Virus record (IMG/VR): IMGVR_UViG_3300020045_004521
Location: 1-33,744 of that record
From: a virus
Taxonomy: Duplodnaviria > Caudoviricetes
Length of the DNA stretch: 33,744 bases
Direction: 5' to 3' (one strand)
Part shown: in pieces, positions 1 through 9,753 of the stretch
Numbering within the stretch: the stretch's first letter is position 1
Layout of the letters: each line of letters starts with the position of its first letter
Translations under genes and position numbers: made by a program
Notes under the pieces: model-generated
Told to the model about the DNA's origin: nothing
The model's input: the letters and a program-made list of their open reading frames with translations, nothing else
Databases searched by the model: none

Positions 1-169
1 TGTCTGTAAGTAGATCATTCCCAAAACCTCACACTACCTCTTGATATTTCCTCTCCATTAAGGGTGAGAGTGACAATCACATCTCTGTAATCTGCCTCAT
101 TATTACCATCAACATAAATACAAAAATTCTCTTTCAACCACTCAATCTATTCACAAGGCATAATATTTC

Positions 170-205
170 AGATCGGAAGAGCGACGTGTACGGAAAGAGT
201 TTAGA
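170..205 (+). other. Illumina TruSeq adapter remnant (assembly artefact)
   Basis: AGATCGGAAGAGCGACGTGTACGGAAAGAGTTTAGA matches the adapter AGATCGGAAGAGCGTCGTGTAGGGAAAGAGTGTAGA at 33/36 positions. Confidence 0.93.
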
Positions 206-250
206 GATCGTTTCCAGAAACTGATTGATGCCGAATTCACTCCTACAGAA

Positions 251-595
251 ATGACTAAAAAATATATTGGCGGACTTTCCGGACAGGCCGGAGATCAGGA
301 ACAGGCGCCGGATTACGAAAAAGCATATCGCGAGATGATATCGGATATAGGAAGACAAAACATTGAAAAATCAAAAGCCAAAGCGCAAGAATTTATTTTT
401 TATAGTGACGGAACTCAAGAACCAATTAAAACTGAAGAAGTGAATTCGGGAAATTTTACTGGAGGATTCCCTGAAAATCCTCCAATGGATGAAGGCGAAA
501 CTTCATTCCCCGGATCGACAGATGAAACGATTCAAAAACTAGGTGTAAAAAATCCGTGGCGCAAGGATCCCAATGATCCAAGGGGGTCTCTTTGA
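251..595 (+). CDS. Putative internal virion/ejection protein fragment, probably 5'-truncated
   Basis: The frame stays open upstream of ATG 251 into the adapter remnant. Acidic, G/P-rich, and upstream of the ejection-protein cluster. Confidence 0.5.
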   Translation: MTKKYIGGLSGQAGDQEQAPDYEKAYREMISDIGRQNIEKSKAKAQEFIFYSDGTQEPIKTEEVNSGNFTGGFPENPPMDEGETSFPGSTDETIQKLGVKNPWRKDPNDPRGSL

Positions 596-1556
596 CGAGG
601 GAGGATCAGTAGATTTATCGGCGGCAGGAGGACAGACTGGAGTCGGATTAGACAAAGGCGATGTTTTTAATATGCCGCTTGTTGACAAGGCAACTCCTTT
701 CTGGGATGCTCCGAAACAAAAAATAAGCCAATTCAACAAATATGGAATGGAGTATAGCCAGAAAAGTGGTGATCCTAACGTCAAAGAAGGATTTTATTAT
801 ACACCAGACGGCCAGGTAAGGGCTTCGGAAGGCGGAGATATTTATCAAAACTTAAACCTTCCCGATCAAACGGTGGCAAGTGGAAGTAAATATACTTGGA
901 CAAAGCGCGACGATCCTCTAGCAAGGGCTGGTAATTTTGGAGACGTTGATCCGGGAATTAAAATTCCAGGTATTGGTACAGAAGATTTTGCAGGACAGAG
1001 CAAAGGAAATAGACTACTTCTGCTTTCATCGCTTTATAATCCAGACGTCGCAAGTAGAATAAATGAAAGCGCAAAAAATAATCCGCAATTTGCCTCGCTA
1101 AACGCCAAACAAAAAGCGGCATTTACAGCAATGGGGCGTGGAGAGAATCCAGACTTTACTACCGCCTTTACTCCGAAACTTACTTTCGGAACTCCATATT
1201 CGGAAGGAAATAAAGGGTACGTTCGCGGCGGTTACAATTACGGAGGATTTAAAGATTTTGGAGACGCTTCGACATGGGCCGACGAATACAAGAAAAACAA
1301 GGGAGATTCTGGAACTGGGATTAGGGATAAATTTCTGAATACGCCGGAATATTACACCGATCTCGCCAGCGGTAAAGGTTTTAAACCGTTTGAGTCAGTC
1401 TATAAGCCGCCAATGCCTAAGTCACGCGGCGGAAGTCAGGGAAGCCCGGATAGACTGGAACAGCTAGGAAACTACACAAACTGGTCGGGTGCAGTTCCCA
1501 AGTCTTGGGAAAAGAAAGTCAAAGACACATGGCGCGATTTTGCAAGCATTTTTTAA
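573..1556 (+). CDS. Putative internal virion (DNA ejection) protein
   Basis: 327-aa Gly/Asp/Lys-rich ORF without Cys, co-oriented and upstream of the giant polyvalent protein. Function inferred from position. Confidence 0.55.
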   Translation: MIQGGLFDEGGSVDLSAAGGQTGVGLDKGDVFNMPLVDKATPFWDAPKQKISQFNKYGMEYSQKSGDPNVKEGFYYTPDGQVRASEGGDIYQNLNLPDQTVASGSKYTWTKRDDPLARAGNFGDVDPGIKIPGIGTEDFAGQSKGNRLLLLSSLYNPDVASRINESAKNNPQFASLNAKQKAAFTAMGRGENPDFTTAFTPKLTFGTPYSEGNKGYVRGGYNYGGFKDFGDASTWADEYKKNKGDSGTGIRDKFLNTPEYYTDLASGKGFKPFESVYKPPMPKSRGGSQGSPDRLEQLGNYTNWSGAVPKSWEKKVKDTWRDFASIF

Positions 1557-1573
1557 AGTGAGGTGATGAACAA

Positions 1574-2440
1574 ATGGCATTCAGATCGTACGAACCTAAA
1601 GTTCCTTTAATTCATATTCCGACCGCTCCCTCTGGCAATGCAGGCGGGGCTCCGGCGTCAGATCGCCAATTAATCGGACGGCGCAAGTTTGTCGATCCCA
1701 ACAGTCCAATTTATCGCGGGCCCAGTGGTCAAAAACTATTTGAACGTCACAAGCATGAAGCCGACAAGTTCAATGAGATGCAGAAGCTTGTTGAAGGAAA
1801 CAAGGCAAAAGCGGAAACGGCGGCCGCAAAGAATGCAGAGAGCCGCGCGCGATTCGAGCAGACGCAGGGAGCAATCAATAAGCGGGCGTTTCGGCCATAC
1901 GAACAAGCTACAAACAGCGCCTACGACCTATTGGCAACAACGCCAACAGTTACGCGCGAAGATGAGCTTGGGAACCCGATAGGGCGATCTACTATGACAC
2001 GGCAGGAAGCAACACAAACGCTTCTTGATAAATTCCGGCGCGCAAATCTTGAGGATCCAAGAATCAAAGAACTTTTGGCAAAACAGCCGACTTCATACAG
2101 CGATATTCCATTGGAAAAACCTTTAAGTTCTGAAAGTTTCAAAAAACCAGCGGATGCAGAAAGTGGCGGGTGGGATATTCAAGGATTTATGCGCGACCTT
2201 GTGAACAAAGGCGTTTCGACATTTAAAGGTATGACAGGAGGGCGCGCGGCTCCCGCAGAAACCACACCGTCCACCCCCGAGCAAGACGAAGGCGATTTTC
2301 AAGAACCCGCAGATCAAGGCGCAGAAATGCCGCAATTCGATAGTGAAGATGAAGTAAACGCCGCAGGGTTAAAACCCGGATCGCAGTTTATGATGTATGA
2401 TCCGCAGTCAAAGAGGTATCGTCCAGCGGTCTATGAATAA
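1574..2440 (+). CDS. Putative internal virion (DNA ejection) protein
   Basis: 288 aa, helical A/Q/E-rich, with a small C-terminal module (SEDEVNAAGLKPGSQFMMYDP). GAGGTG RBS; TAATG coupling to the next gene. Confidence 0.6.
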   Translation: MAFRSYEPKVPLIHIPTAPSGNAGGAPASDRQLIGRRKFVDPNSPIYRGPSGQKLFERHKHEADKFNEMQKLVEGNKAKAETAAAKNAESRARFEQTQGAINKRAFRPYEQATNSAYDLLATTPTVTREDELGNPIGRSTMTRQEATQTLLDKFRRANLEDPRIKELLAKQPTSYSDIPLEKPLSSESFKKPADAESGGWDIQGFMRDLVNKGVSTFKGMTGGRAAPAETTPSTPEQDEGDFQEPADQGAEMPQFDSEDEVNAAGLKPGSQFMMYDPQSKRYRPAVYE

Positions 2441-5400
2441 TGGCTATCCGATTTTTAGACGAATCTCCGCCAGTTGAGGAAGCGCCAAAACCTAAGTCAC
2501 GAATCAGGTTTTTGGATGAACCCGCCGCGCCGGAACCAATACAACCTAAAGTCAAATTTTTAGACGAAACTCCTCCTCCCCCTAGCGATCCATCGCTTGC
2601 GCCGCAGTATGTAGACGAATATCCGGGGCCGGTGAATCCACCGGAGCCGTCATACGACACAAAATTATCTCCGCAAGAGGAATTACAGTTTAAAGGATGG
2701 AAGAAAAAGTATGCTCCAAGAGATTCCGGTGCAGATTACGATTTGCGCGGCGCATTCAAATCCGGATTGACGCCTAACCCTGATACAGGACATTGGCCGG
2801 ACACATTCAAGAAACCGAATCATCCTACTTTTTCAGTCGAAAGTCAGTACGCAAAAGACCGCCCAGACCTTGCTGGAAGATGGGAAGGTGAAAAGTATAT
2901 TCCGGCTGGTACTGAGAGCGATTTTTCTTTGCCTGATATGGTATCGCAGGCGATCCAAAAAATGGCACCTATTAAAAAACTTTACGAAACTCCAGCGGCA
3001 TTGACTATTCCATTAACGGCACCGGCAGATGTAATAAAAGCGACAAGTGAAGCGATTCCTGAAAGCGCAAAAACCACTTTGAAATATAATCCGATTACAG
3101 CGGCGGCGGCTTATGAAGCATCGGGATTTGAAAAAGGAATGACTGCTGGATATGGACATGGTTTTGAAGATTTAATCAAAAACTCTCCTCTTGCAAATCA
3201 AAACATTGATAAAAATATAGCAGAAAGTTTTGGATCGACATTAGGGATGTTTATTCCAATTGGAAGAGTTTCAAGAATTGTCGAAACTCTGGCTCCGGGA
3301 GTTGTTAGTGGTATAGCGCCGGCACTTCAATCAATCATAAAGTCGATGGTAACAGGTGCCGGTTATGGAATGATGCGCAAACCAGAAGAAGGAAAAAGTA
3401 GAATTCAAAGCGCAAATGACGATATGCTAACTTTTGCGGCTATTACTGGAGTTGCAGAAGCAATTGGTGGTGCAGTCAATGCAATAGTAAATAGAAAATA
3501 TAACGCATACCAAAGCATGAGGCAAGATGTTATATCCGCCTTAAAACAAAAGGGTGTGGCAGAAGAACACGCCTCAAATGTTGCAGATTTGATGATAAAC
3601 TCAAAAGTCGAATCAATGGGCGGATGGGAAAAAGTAACACCATCAGATTTTAAACAATATCTTCAAAAAGAAAAAACAACGGAACCAATTGCGCCTCCCA
3701 AGGAGGTTAAAAATTTACAGGAAGAATCTCCGGCTCAAGGGATGCCTACAACTACACCGGAACCGCCCATAAACGAATCCGATCTCCCCTCCACAACCCT
3801 AACCAGCGCGATCGCCACCAAAACGCAGGGAAACTCTGCATTTTACGTTCCCAACATGGGAATGGTAGCCGGCGATACCATGATGGCGCAAACCACGAAA
3901 TCGCTTTCCGACTCCTTAAACCTTACACCGCAAGGAATCAGCGATTCCCTATCAAACTCGGGAAAAGTCTATCAGGACATGCTGGGGCAGGGTGCCGATC
4001 CGCAAACGGCGCAAATCGAGGCAAACAAGGCGTTCTGGAAAGGAATACCAATAATGCGGTCGCTAAGCATGATATTGCCTGATGCTCCCCAAGAGTTGCT
4101 ATCCGAATATGAAAAACTTCTAAAAAACGGAGATATTGAGGCGTCGCATGACGTTTTAAATATCATTGCAGACAGTCAACCCAATTTAAAGGCAATTGCA
4201 CAGCCCTTACAGGAGGCGCAGGCCACGCCTCAGGTGCAGTCGGAAATGCCCGCCGCTGAGTCGACCCCTCCTGTTCTCCCTCCTCAGGAGGCGGCGGCGG
4301 TGCAGAGTGAAGTTCGATTTAATCCAGACGACAAAATAATTGTTCATTCACCGCATTCAGGGAATGATTTTGAAGCTAGTTTTAGAGGATATGTAAACGA
4401 TCAGGAAGCAGTTATTTGGACTGGAAAAACTCAAATGCAGATTCCTGTTGAGTGGATAGTTAAAAAAGTGGAGGCGGTGCAGGGAATGATCCGAATTTAC
4501 AGAGGAGAAGGAAAGACTCCTGGTGGAAATTGGTTTACAACTGACAGGTCTGTTGCGGAATGGCACAAAGATAAAAAGGGAGGAACAATTTCATATATAG
4601 ACATAACTCCAGAAGAATACAAAGAGTTAGAGTCGGACGGATTAAAATCGACTCCTCCTACTTTTCAAGTAGGACCAGAAATGTTGTCCAGAGTTAAAAC
4701 AGAGGCGGTGCAGGGGAATGAACCAAAGACATTGGAAGATTATCAACAATTGCGACGTAAAGAAATCGAAGCGCTTAAAAAAGCTGTATTCCCATTTCAA
4801 GCAAAATTTGGGAATAAAGAAGATATAACTGTTTTAGGATTTTTAGATCAATTCGAACCTTATAAAAGCGAAAACGCTGGTAAAGAAATTGATCCAAAAC
4901 AATTGTTAGTTCAATTTAATGACGATGGAAGAGAAGGAATAGTATTTTCCTCTGAAACTTATGTTGGAGGAAAACCATTAATTACAAAAACTCCGAAACA
5001 TTTGAGGAAAAAAAGCCAGTTTGAAAAATTGATTGAAAAGAATGATTTACCCAGTAAAAGATCGACGGAAGAAATACAGGTTAGCATTGGCAGATTAAAA
5101 GCAAAATATAATTCAGGGAAAATTACCAAAGAGCAGTTGATTGAAGAGCTAAAACAGGCGAAACAGGATTTGCTTGATATTCAAGGAAAACCAGAAGTGA
5201 CAGCGTCGCAACCTACTTCGGAAGAACTTAAACTAATCAAAGAAAAAATCGAAAAAGCAGACACGCGCCGCAGTATGTCGCGCAAAGGCGTTGGATTTTC
5301 CGATAACAATCCAGAAGCCGACTGGCTCTCTCGCGCCGGAACCTCAAAAAAAGAAGCCGGACTAGTAATTGCAAAACTTGAAGCCGGCGGGAAACTTACT

Positions 5401-8400
5401 GCAAAACAACAAGGGATCGTTGATTCTTTGGTGGAACTTGCTAAAGATGAAAAAATAAGAATAGATAATGAATTAAAATTAAGACAAGAAACAGAAAACA
5501 ATCTGGAAGAAAATGACGCTTTAGAATATATTCCTATTGGCGAGGTTTATTCCAATATGTTCCCAAGCGCCGAAAGATCCGGAGATATTTATCCAGAATA
5601 TTTAGATACGATCAATATTGCAAAATTTATTACTTCGGATTATTTTAAATTGAAAGAGTTGCAGGAAAAGCACGGGAAAGGAGATGTCAGCGACGAAGAT
5701 GTGAAATTAGCAAAAGAAAAGATGGAAAAATTGATTACCACTGGGGATTTGAAGATTCTGTCTAAATTAGCTTTCAGAGACGCAACCAGATCGGACGGGA
5801 TAAAACTTTCTGACGCTGGAATTGTTTTTATTGATATCGACAATTTGAAAGGAATGAACACAAAGTTTAAAAACATTCAAAAGTGGGCGACTTTACTTAT
5901 TGAATCTTCAATGGCAATCGCACGCGAACACGGGTTAATCCCAACCAGACTACTGGCTGATGAATTTGGATTTATTATACCGAAAGGAGCTGATCCTTAC
6001 GACATTTTAGATAAAGTTCATAGATGGATGGATGAAGTCAGTCAGTTGGAAATTATGACGCCAAGTGGAATCTATCATAAGGGAATAACTTTTAGCGGCG
6101 GGTTTGGGATTGGAACTCACGAAGCAAATAGCGTTGCGGCACAAGCAAAAGCAGATGGAAAACAAAATGTGCGACTTGACAAAAACTTCATTCGGGATTA
6201 CAATAAGCTGGAGGGAACCAATTATGGAGAAAATAACGAAACCATTATCAGAAGAGTCGGAGAACAACCGCCTCCCATCCAACAAGGGGAGAATCGGAAT
6301 TATATCTCTGAGGGGGAAGGTACTAAAAGTGTTTCGGGACAACCCAGCGAACACCTCCGAAAAGGACAAGAGCAATTCTTAGTCCCTGACATACCTAAAC
6401 CCAAAGCGCCCACCGGCCCAATAGAGTCAAAAACTTCGCAAGTCGAAACCGATAAATTGTTGGATGAATTTAAATCCGATAATCAACCTGGATTATTTGA
6501 AAAAAAATCCTACGGCTCATCAAGTTCCGGCGCCGCCTCCAAACTTCCTCCCGGCCAAACAATTGAAAGCATAACCGAACAAAAACCAAAAACAATCGAA
6601 ATGCCGGAACTTGTCCAATTATCAAAAGAACTTTTAGGCAGGTTTCCGGACGTCCGCAAAAATCTAAAAAACAAACTCGGATATTTTCGCTCCGGCTCAT
6701 TGCCGGAAATGGCTCGAATACGTCTGACATCTCAGATATTCAAAGATAGCCACTTAACTTCGCAGGTCTTAGCTCATGAAGTAGGGCATCTTATTGACTG
6801 GCTTCCTGATTACACGTTAAAGCGTGGGAATATTCTCGGACGGTTAAAAAGTTTAACGGAATTTTTAAAATCAACAATCGGTGGACTTCCAACAGAAGGT
6901 AATGAACTGTTTGAATCAAAGGATGATTTTTTATCTCAAAAAGAACGCACAAGAATTCGATTGCAATTGATTAAATCCGAATTAGACGCTCGCGGCGGAT
7001 CGCTAAAACATTACATAAAAGACAAACAATTGCGCGCAGAAATAAATACAGCAATAAAAGATAAATACAAAATTGAAATTCAAAAGGAAATGGAATCTCG
7101 CGGATTAGTTTCCAGAGAACAAGTCACCGAAGAACTCAAACGAGTGACGCAAGTTTGGAATCCGTTCGATCCCATTGTCGATGATGCTTACACAGAATAC
7201 CGTTACAGTTCAAAGGAACTCTACGCCGAAGCATTGAGTATGCTTATAAACGACCCTGAACGATTGACAGAACTCGCGCCGAAATTTAATAAAGTTTTTT
7301 GGCTTAATATCGACGCAAAACCAGACGTCCGCGATGCGCTTTTTAAACTCAAAGAGACTTTAGCTTTGCCGGAATCCGCCCGCCTCAAAATTCGTCAAGA
7401 AAACGTGCGCGGAATGTTCCAAAAATCCGAAGAACTCTACAAACAGAAACATCTTGAAATGCAGAACAAAACGAAACGGAGCATTAAGGACACAATCGCC
7501 GAAGGTCTTTACGATAAAAATTGGGAACTGATTAAACGCTTCAACGAGGAAGTAAATGCAGGGAAAAAGATAAACCCAGACGATAATCCTTTGCTTTTCT
7601 TAGAGGAAGAAAACTACGTTGGAGGACTGCAAGCGAATTATCTTGAAAGCATAAACACAGAAGTGATCCAACCGCTTGCGGATCAGGGAATAACCCAGGC
7701 CGACATTTCCGAATATCTCATGCACAGGATGATCGTTGACGCCAAAGAGATATCGCCGACAGATATTGAAGGATTTTATGAAGAAAGCCCGCGAAAGATT
7801 GCGCGGCCTCTTGGATTCGATCAGAAAACGTCACAGAAGTCTCTCGATTATTTGCGCGATCAATTGGGAACGGAGAAATGGCGGGCATTAGAGGACACTT
7901 TAAAGAAATTTTACAAACTCAATTCCGATGTCATGGAAAAATCGTATAAATCCGGGCTTCTGACAGAAGAGCAAATGCTAACTGTCCGGTCAAATCCATA
8001 TTATGTCACGACGCAAGTGTTGGATTATTTGGACACTTACGTTACGCCGACGTTCATGCGACAGGTGGGAACGCTTAAGGAAGCCGCAGATTTCTTGACC
8101 TCAACGACGCTTAAAATGTTGTCGGTTATCAAGGCCGCTGAAAAGAATATGACGCGCCAAAAAATAGCCGCATTTTTAGGCGACAGAAACGAATTATTAG
8201 ACGCAAAACGCAAATGGACAGGACCGCTTCGTCGCGTTGAATTTGAAGAAAAAGAAGGATATGGTCTACTCCAATACAAAAGCGGCGGGAAATGGGTCGG
8301 GAAGCATATCGATCCCTACATTGCCGATTCTTTGACTTATCAGCCAGATCAGGCAATTAAGTCGATAATGGCGATTTTTCGTTTATCAAACTCAAAATGG

Positions 8401-9753
8401 TTCCGGCCCGTATTCACCACTTTCAATCTTGGGTTTCAGTCTTTTAACTTCATCCGCGACTTCCAGCAGGCCGCCCTGGCCAATCCGCATAAAGAATTGC
8501 TTCTGGCCATGCTCGACACGGCAAAGAACTATGCCCGCGCCCTGCCGTCCGCGATCCGTTATATCTCCGGGGCCCGGGATGAGGTTTTGCGCGAGATGCG
8601 CGCGAATAAGTCGCTTTCTTTAACTTACAACGACCTCATCAATGTTGAGGATCTCAATGATTTTACGGAGATGAAATATCTGCAAGCGAAGTACGGTGTT
8701 GGAATTGTCGATAAAAACGATCCTGTTAAATTCGCATTTTTGAAACGTATTTTCGGATTGATTGAAAAGATGGGTAATCTTTTGGAAGTGACTCCAAAAA
8801 TTGCTGGACACTTAACTGAATCGGAAATTCCCGGTCAAAATAAAAAGGAAATGGCGCACAACATCCGCAGTTATTGGGGAAGCCCGGATTTCAGGCAGTT
8901 TGGAAAATGGAAGGAAGTTTATAACAACTTTTTCATGTTTTCCAACGCTATAAAACAGGGATATCGCCGATCTGTTGAAATGGGATTTAGAAACCCAAAA
9001 ACGAAAAGCGGTTACTGGTTTAAGTCAATCGAGTTATCGCTTTTCCCGGCGATTGCAACAGCGTTGGCGGCTTACGGTATGTTTGGCGATGATTTAAAGA
9101 AAATGTTTAACAAGGCCACGGAATACGATCTCACGAATTACATCATAATTCCGTTAGGGATAGACAAAAAAGGAAATGGAATTTATGCGCGGATCCCGCT
9201 TGAGGAGTCGCAACGCCTGTTGCACGGGATAATGTGGAAGATTTTAACGAATAGGAATCAGGGGGTTGGTAAAAAACTTTCTGATGTCATTTCTTTATGG
9301 GGCGGGAACGTACCAACATTGAGTCCAGTTGCAGATCTGATTGCGGCCGTTGCCATGTATGTTTCCGGGCGAAGTCCGTTTGATTTCTTTCGCGGCAGAG
9401 AGGCATTGACTGAAAAGGAGCAAGCGATTTTAAAGGCGCGCGGCGTGTTCGCCACAAAACCATTAAAAGCGATGGGCCGCTATGTTGGAGAAAAACTTGG
9501 CGCGCCGCGCTCGATCACTGGTTACAGCCAGTACAAACAATTTCAGGATCAACTTTCCACTCCGGAAAAACTCATTCAAAATATGCCCATTTTGGGCCGG
9601 TTTATCAAGATCACAAAATATGGCGAACAGGAACAGGGAAAGTATAGAAAACTGTTGAATCAGGCGAGAAAGTATGAAGCGCAACCGGACGGGTACAGGG
9701 CGCCGCGCCGGTCTGGTAAAGATATACTCATGGAAAAGCTAAAACTTCAATGA
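2440..9753 (+). CDS. Large polyvalent virion protein: ART-like module, degenerate GGDEF, zincin metallopeptidase, LPD38-like C-terminus
   Basis: 2437 aa. Motifs: IYRG..WFTTD..A (ART-like); FIDIDNLKGMN..RLLADEF..ITFSGG..AKADGK (GGDEF fold); AHEVGH..ELYAE (zincin); PDFRQFG..NNFFMFSNAIKQG..YARIP..DFFRGRE (LPD38-like). Confidence 0.85.
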   Translation: MAIRFLDESPPVEEAPKPKSRIRFLDEPAAPEPIQPKVKFLDETPPPPSDPSLAPQYVDEYPGPVNPPEPSYDTKLSPQEELQFKGWKKKYAPRDSGADYDLRGAFKSGLTPNPDTGHWPDTFKKPNHPTFSVESQYAKDRPDLAGRWEGEKYIPAGTESDFSLPDMVSQAIQKMAPIKKLYETPAALTIPLTAPADVIKATSEAIPESAKTTLKYNPITAAAAYEASGFEKGMTAGYGHGFEDLIKNSPLANQNIDKNIAESFGSTLGMFIPIGRVSRIVETLAPGVVSGIAPALQSIIKSMVTGAGYGMMRKPEEGKSRIQSANDDMLTFAAITGVAEAIGGAVNAIVNRKYNAYQSMRQDVISALKQKGVAEEHASNVADLMINSKVESMGGWEKVTPSDFKQYLQKEKTTEPIAPPKEVKNLQEESPAQGMPTTTPEPPINESDLPSTTLTSAIATKTQGNSAFYVPNMGMVAGDTMMAQTTKSLSDSLNLTPQGISDSLSNSGKVYQDMLGQGADPQTAQIEANKAFWKGIPIMRSLSMILPDAPQELLSEYEKLLKNGDIEASHDVLNIIADSQPNLKAIAQPLQEAQATPQVQSEMPAAESTPPVLPPQEAAAVQSEVRFNPDDKIIVHSPHSGNDFEASFRGYVNDQEAVIWTGKTQMQIPVEWIVKKVEAVQGMIRIYRGEGKTPGGNWFTTDRSVAEWHKDKKGGTISYIDITPEEYKELESDGLKSTPPTFQVGPEMLSRVKTEAVQGNEPKTLEDYQQLRRKEIEALKKAVFPFQAKFGNKEDITVLGFLDQFEPYKSENAGKEIDPKQLLVQFNDDGREGIVFSSETYVGGKPLITKTPKHLRKKSQFEKLIEKNDLPSKRSTEEIQVSIGRLKAKYNSGKITKEQLIEELKQAKQDLLDIQGKPEVTASQPTSEELKLIKEKIEKADTRRSMSRKGVGFSDNNPEADWLSRAGTSKKEAGLVIAKLEAGGKLTAKQQGIVDSLVELAKDEKIRIDNELKLRQETENNLEENDALEYIPIGEVYSNMFPSAERSGDIYPEYLDTINIAKFITSDYFKLKELQEKHGKGDVSDEDVKLAKEKMEKLITTGDLKILSKLAFRDATRSDGIKLSDAGIVFIDIDNLKGMNTKFKNIQKWATLLIESSMAIAREHGLIPTRLLADEFGFIIPKGADPYDILDKVHRWMDEVSQLEIMTPSGIYHKGITFSGGFGIGTHEANSVAAQAKADGKQNVRLDKNFIRDYNKLEGTNYGENNETIIRRVGEQPPPIQQGENRNYISEGEGTKSVSGQPSEHLRKGQEQFLVPDIPKPKAPTGPIESKTSQVETDKLLDEFKSDNQPGLFEKKSYGSSSSGAASKLPPGQTIESITEQKPKTIEMPELVQLSKELLGRFPDVRKNLKNKLGYFRSGSLPEMARIRLTSQIFKDSHLTSQVLAHEVGHLIDWLPDYTLKRGNILGRLKSLTEFLKSTIGGLPTEGNELFESKDDFLSQKERTRIRLQLIKSELDARGGSLKHYIKDKQLRAEINTAIKDKYKIEIQKEMESRGLVSREQVTEELKRVTQVWNPFDPIVDDAYTEYRYSSKELYAEALSMLINDPERLTELAPKFNKVFWLNIDAKPDVRDALFKLKETLALPESARLKIRQENVRGMFQKSEELYKQKHLEMQNKTKRSIKDTIAEGLYDKNWELIKRFNEEVNAGKKINPDDNPLLFLEEENYVGGLQANYLESINTEVIQPLADQGITQADISEYLMHRMIVDAKEISPTDIEGFYEESPRKIARPLGFDQKTSQKSLDYLRDQLGTEKWRALEDTLKKFYKLNSDVMEKSYKSGLLTEEQMLTVRSNPYYVTTQVLDYLDTYVTPTFMRQVGTLKEAADFLTSTTLKMLSVIKAAEKNMTRQKIAAFLGDRNELLDAKRKWTGPLRRVEFEEKEGYGLLQYKSGGKWVGKHIDPYIADSLTYQPDQAIKSIMAIFRLSNSKWFRPVFTTFNLGFQSFNFIRDFQQAALANPHKELLLAMLDTAKNYARALPSAIRYISGARDEVLREMRANKSLSLTYNDLINVEDLNDFTEMKYLQAKYGVGIVDKNDPVKFAFLKRIFGLIEKMGNLLEVTPKIAGHLTESEIPGQNKKEMAHNIRSYWGSPDFRQFGKWKEVYNNFFMFSNAIKQGYRRSVEMGFRNPKTKSGYWFKSIELSLFPAIATALAAYGMFGDDLKKMFNKATEYDLTNYIIIPLGIDKKGNGIYARIPLEESQRLLHGIMWKILTNRNQGVGKKLSDVISLWGGNVPTLSPVADLIAAVAMYVSGRSPFDFFRGREALTEKEQAILKARGVFATKPLKAMGRYVGEKLGAPRSITGYSQYKQFQDQLSTPEKLIQNMPILGRFIKITKYGEQEQGKYRKLLNQARKYEAQPDGYRAPRRSGKDILMEKLKLQ
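4458..4721 (+). repeat. Direct repeats bounding a protein module
   Basis: GAGGCGGTGCAGGG is exact at 4471-4484 and 4702-4715, each preceded by AGTTAAAA and followed by (G)AATGA. Partial copy GGCGGTGCAG at 4296-4305. Confidence 0.8.
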
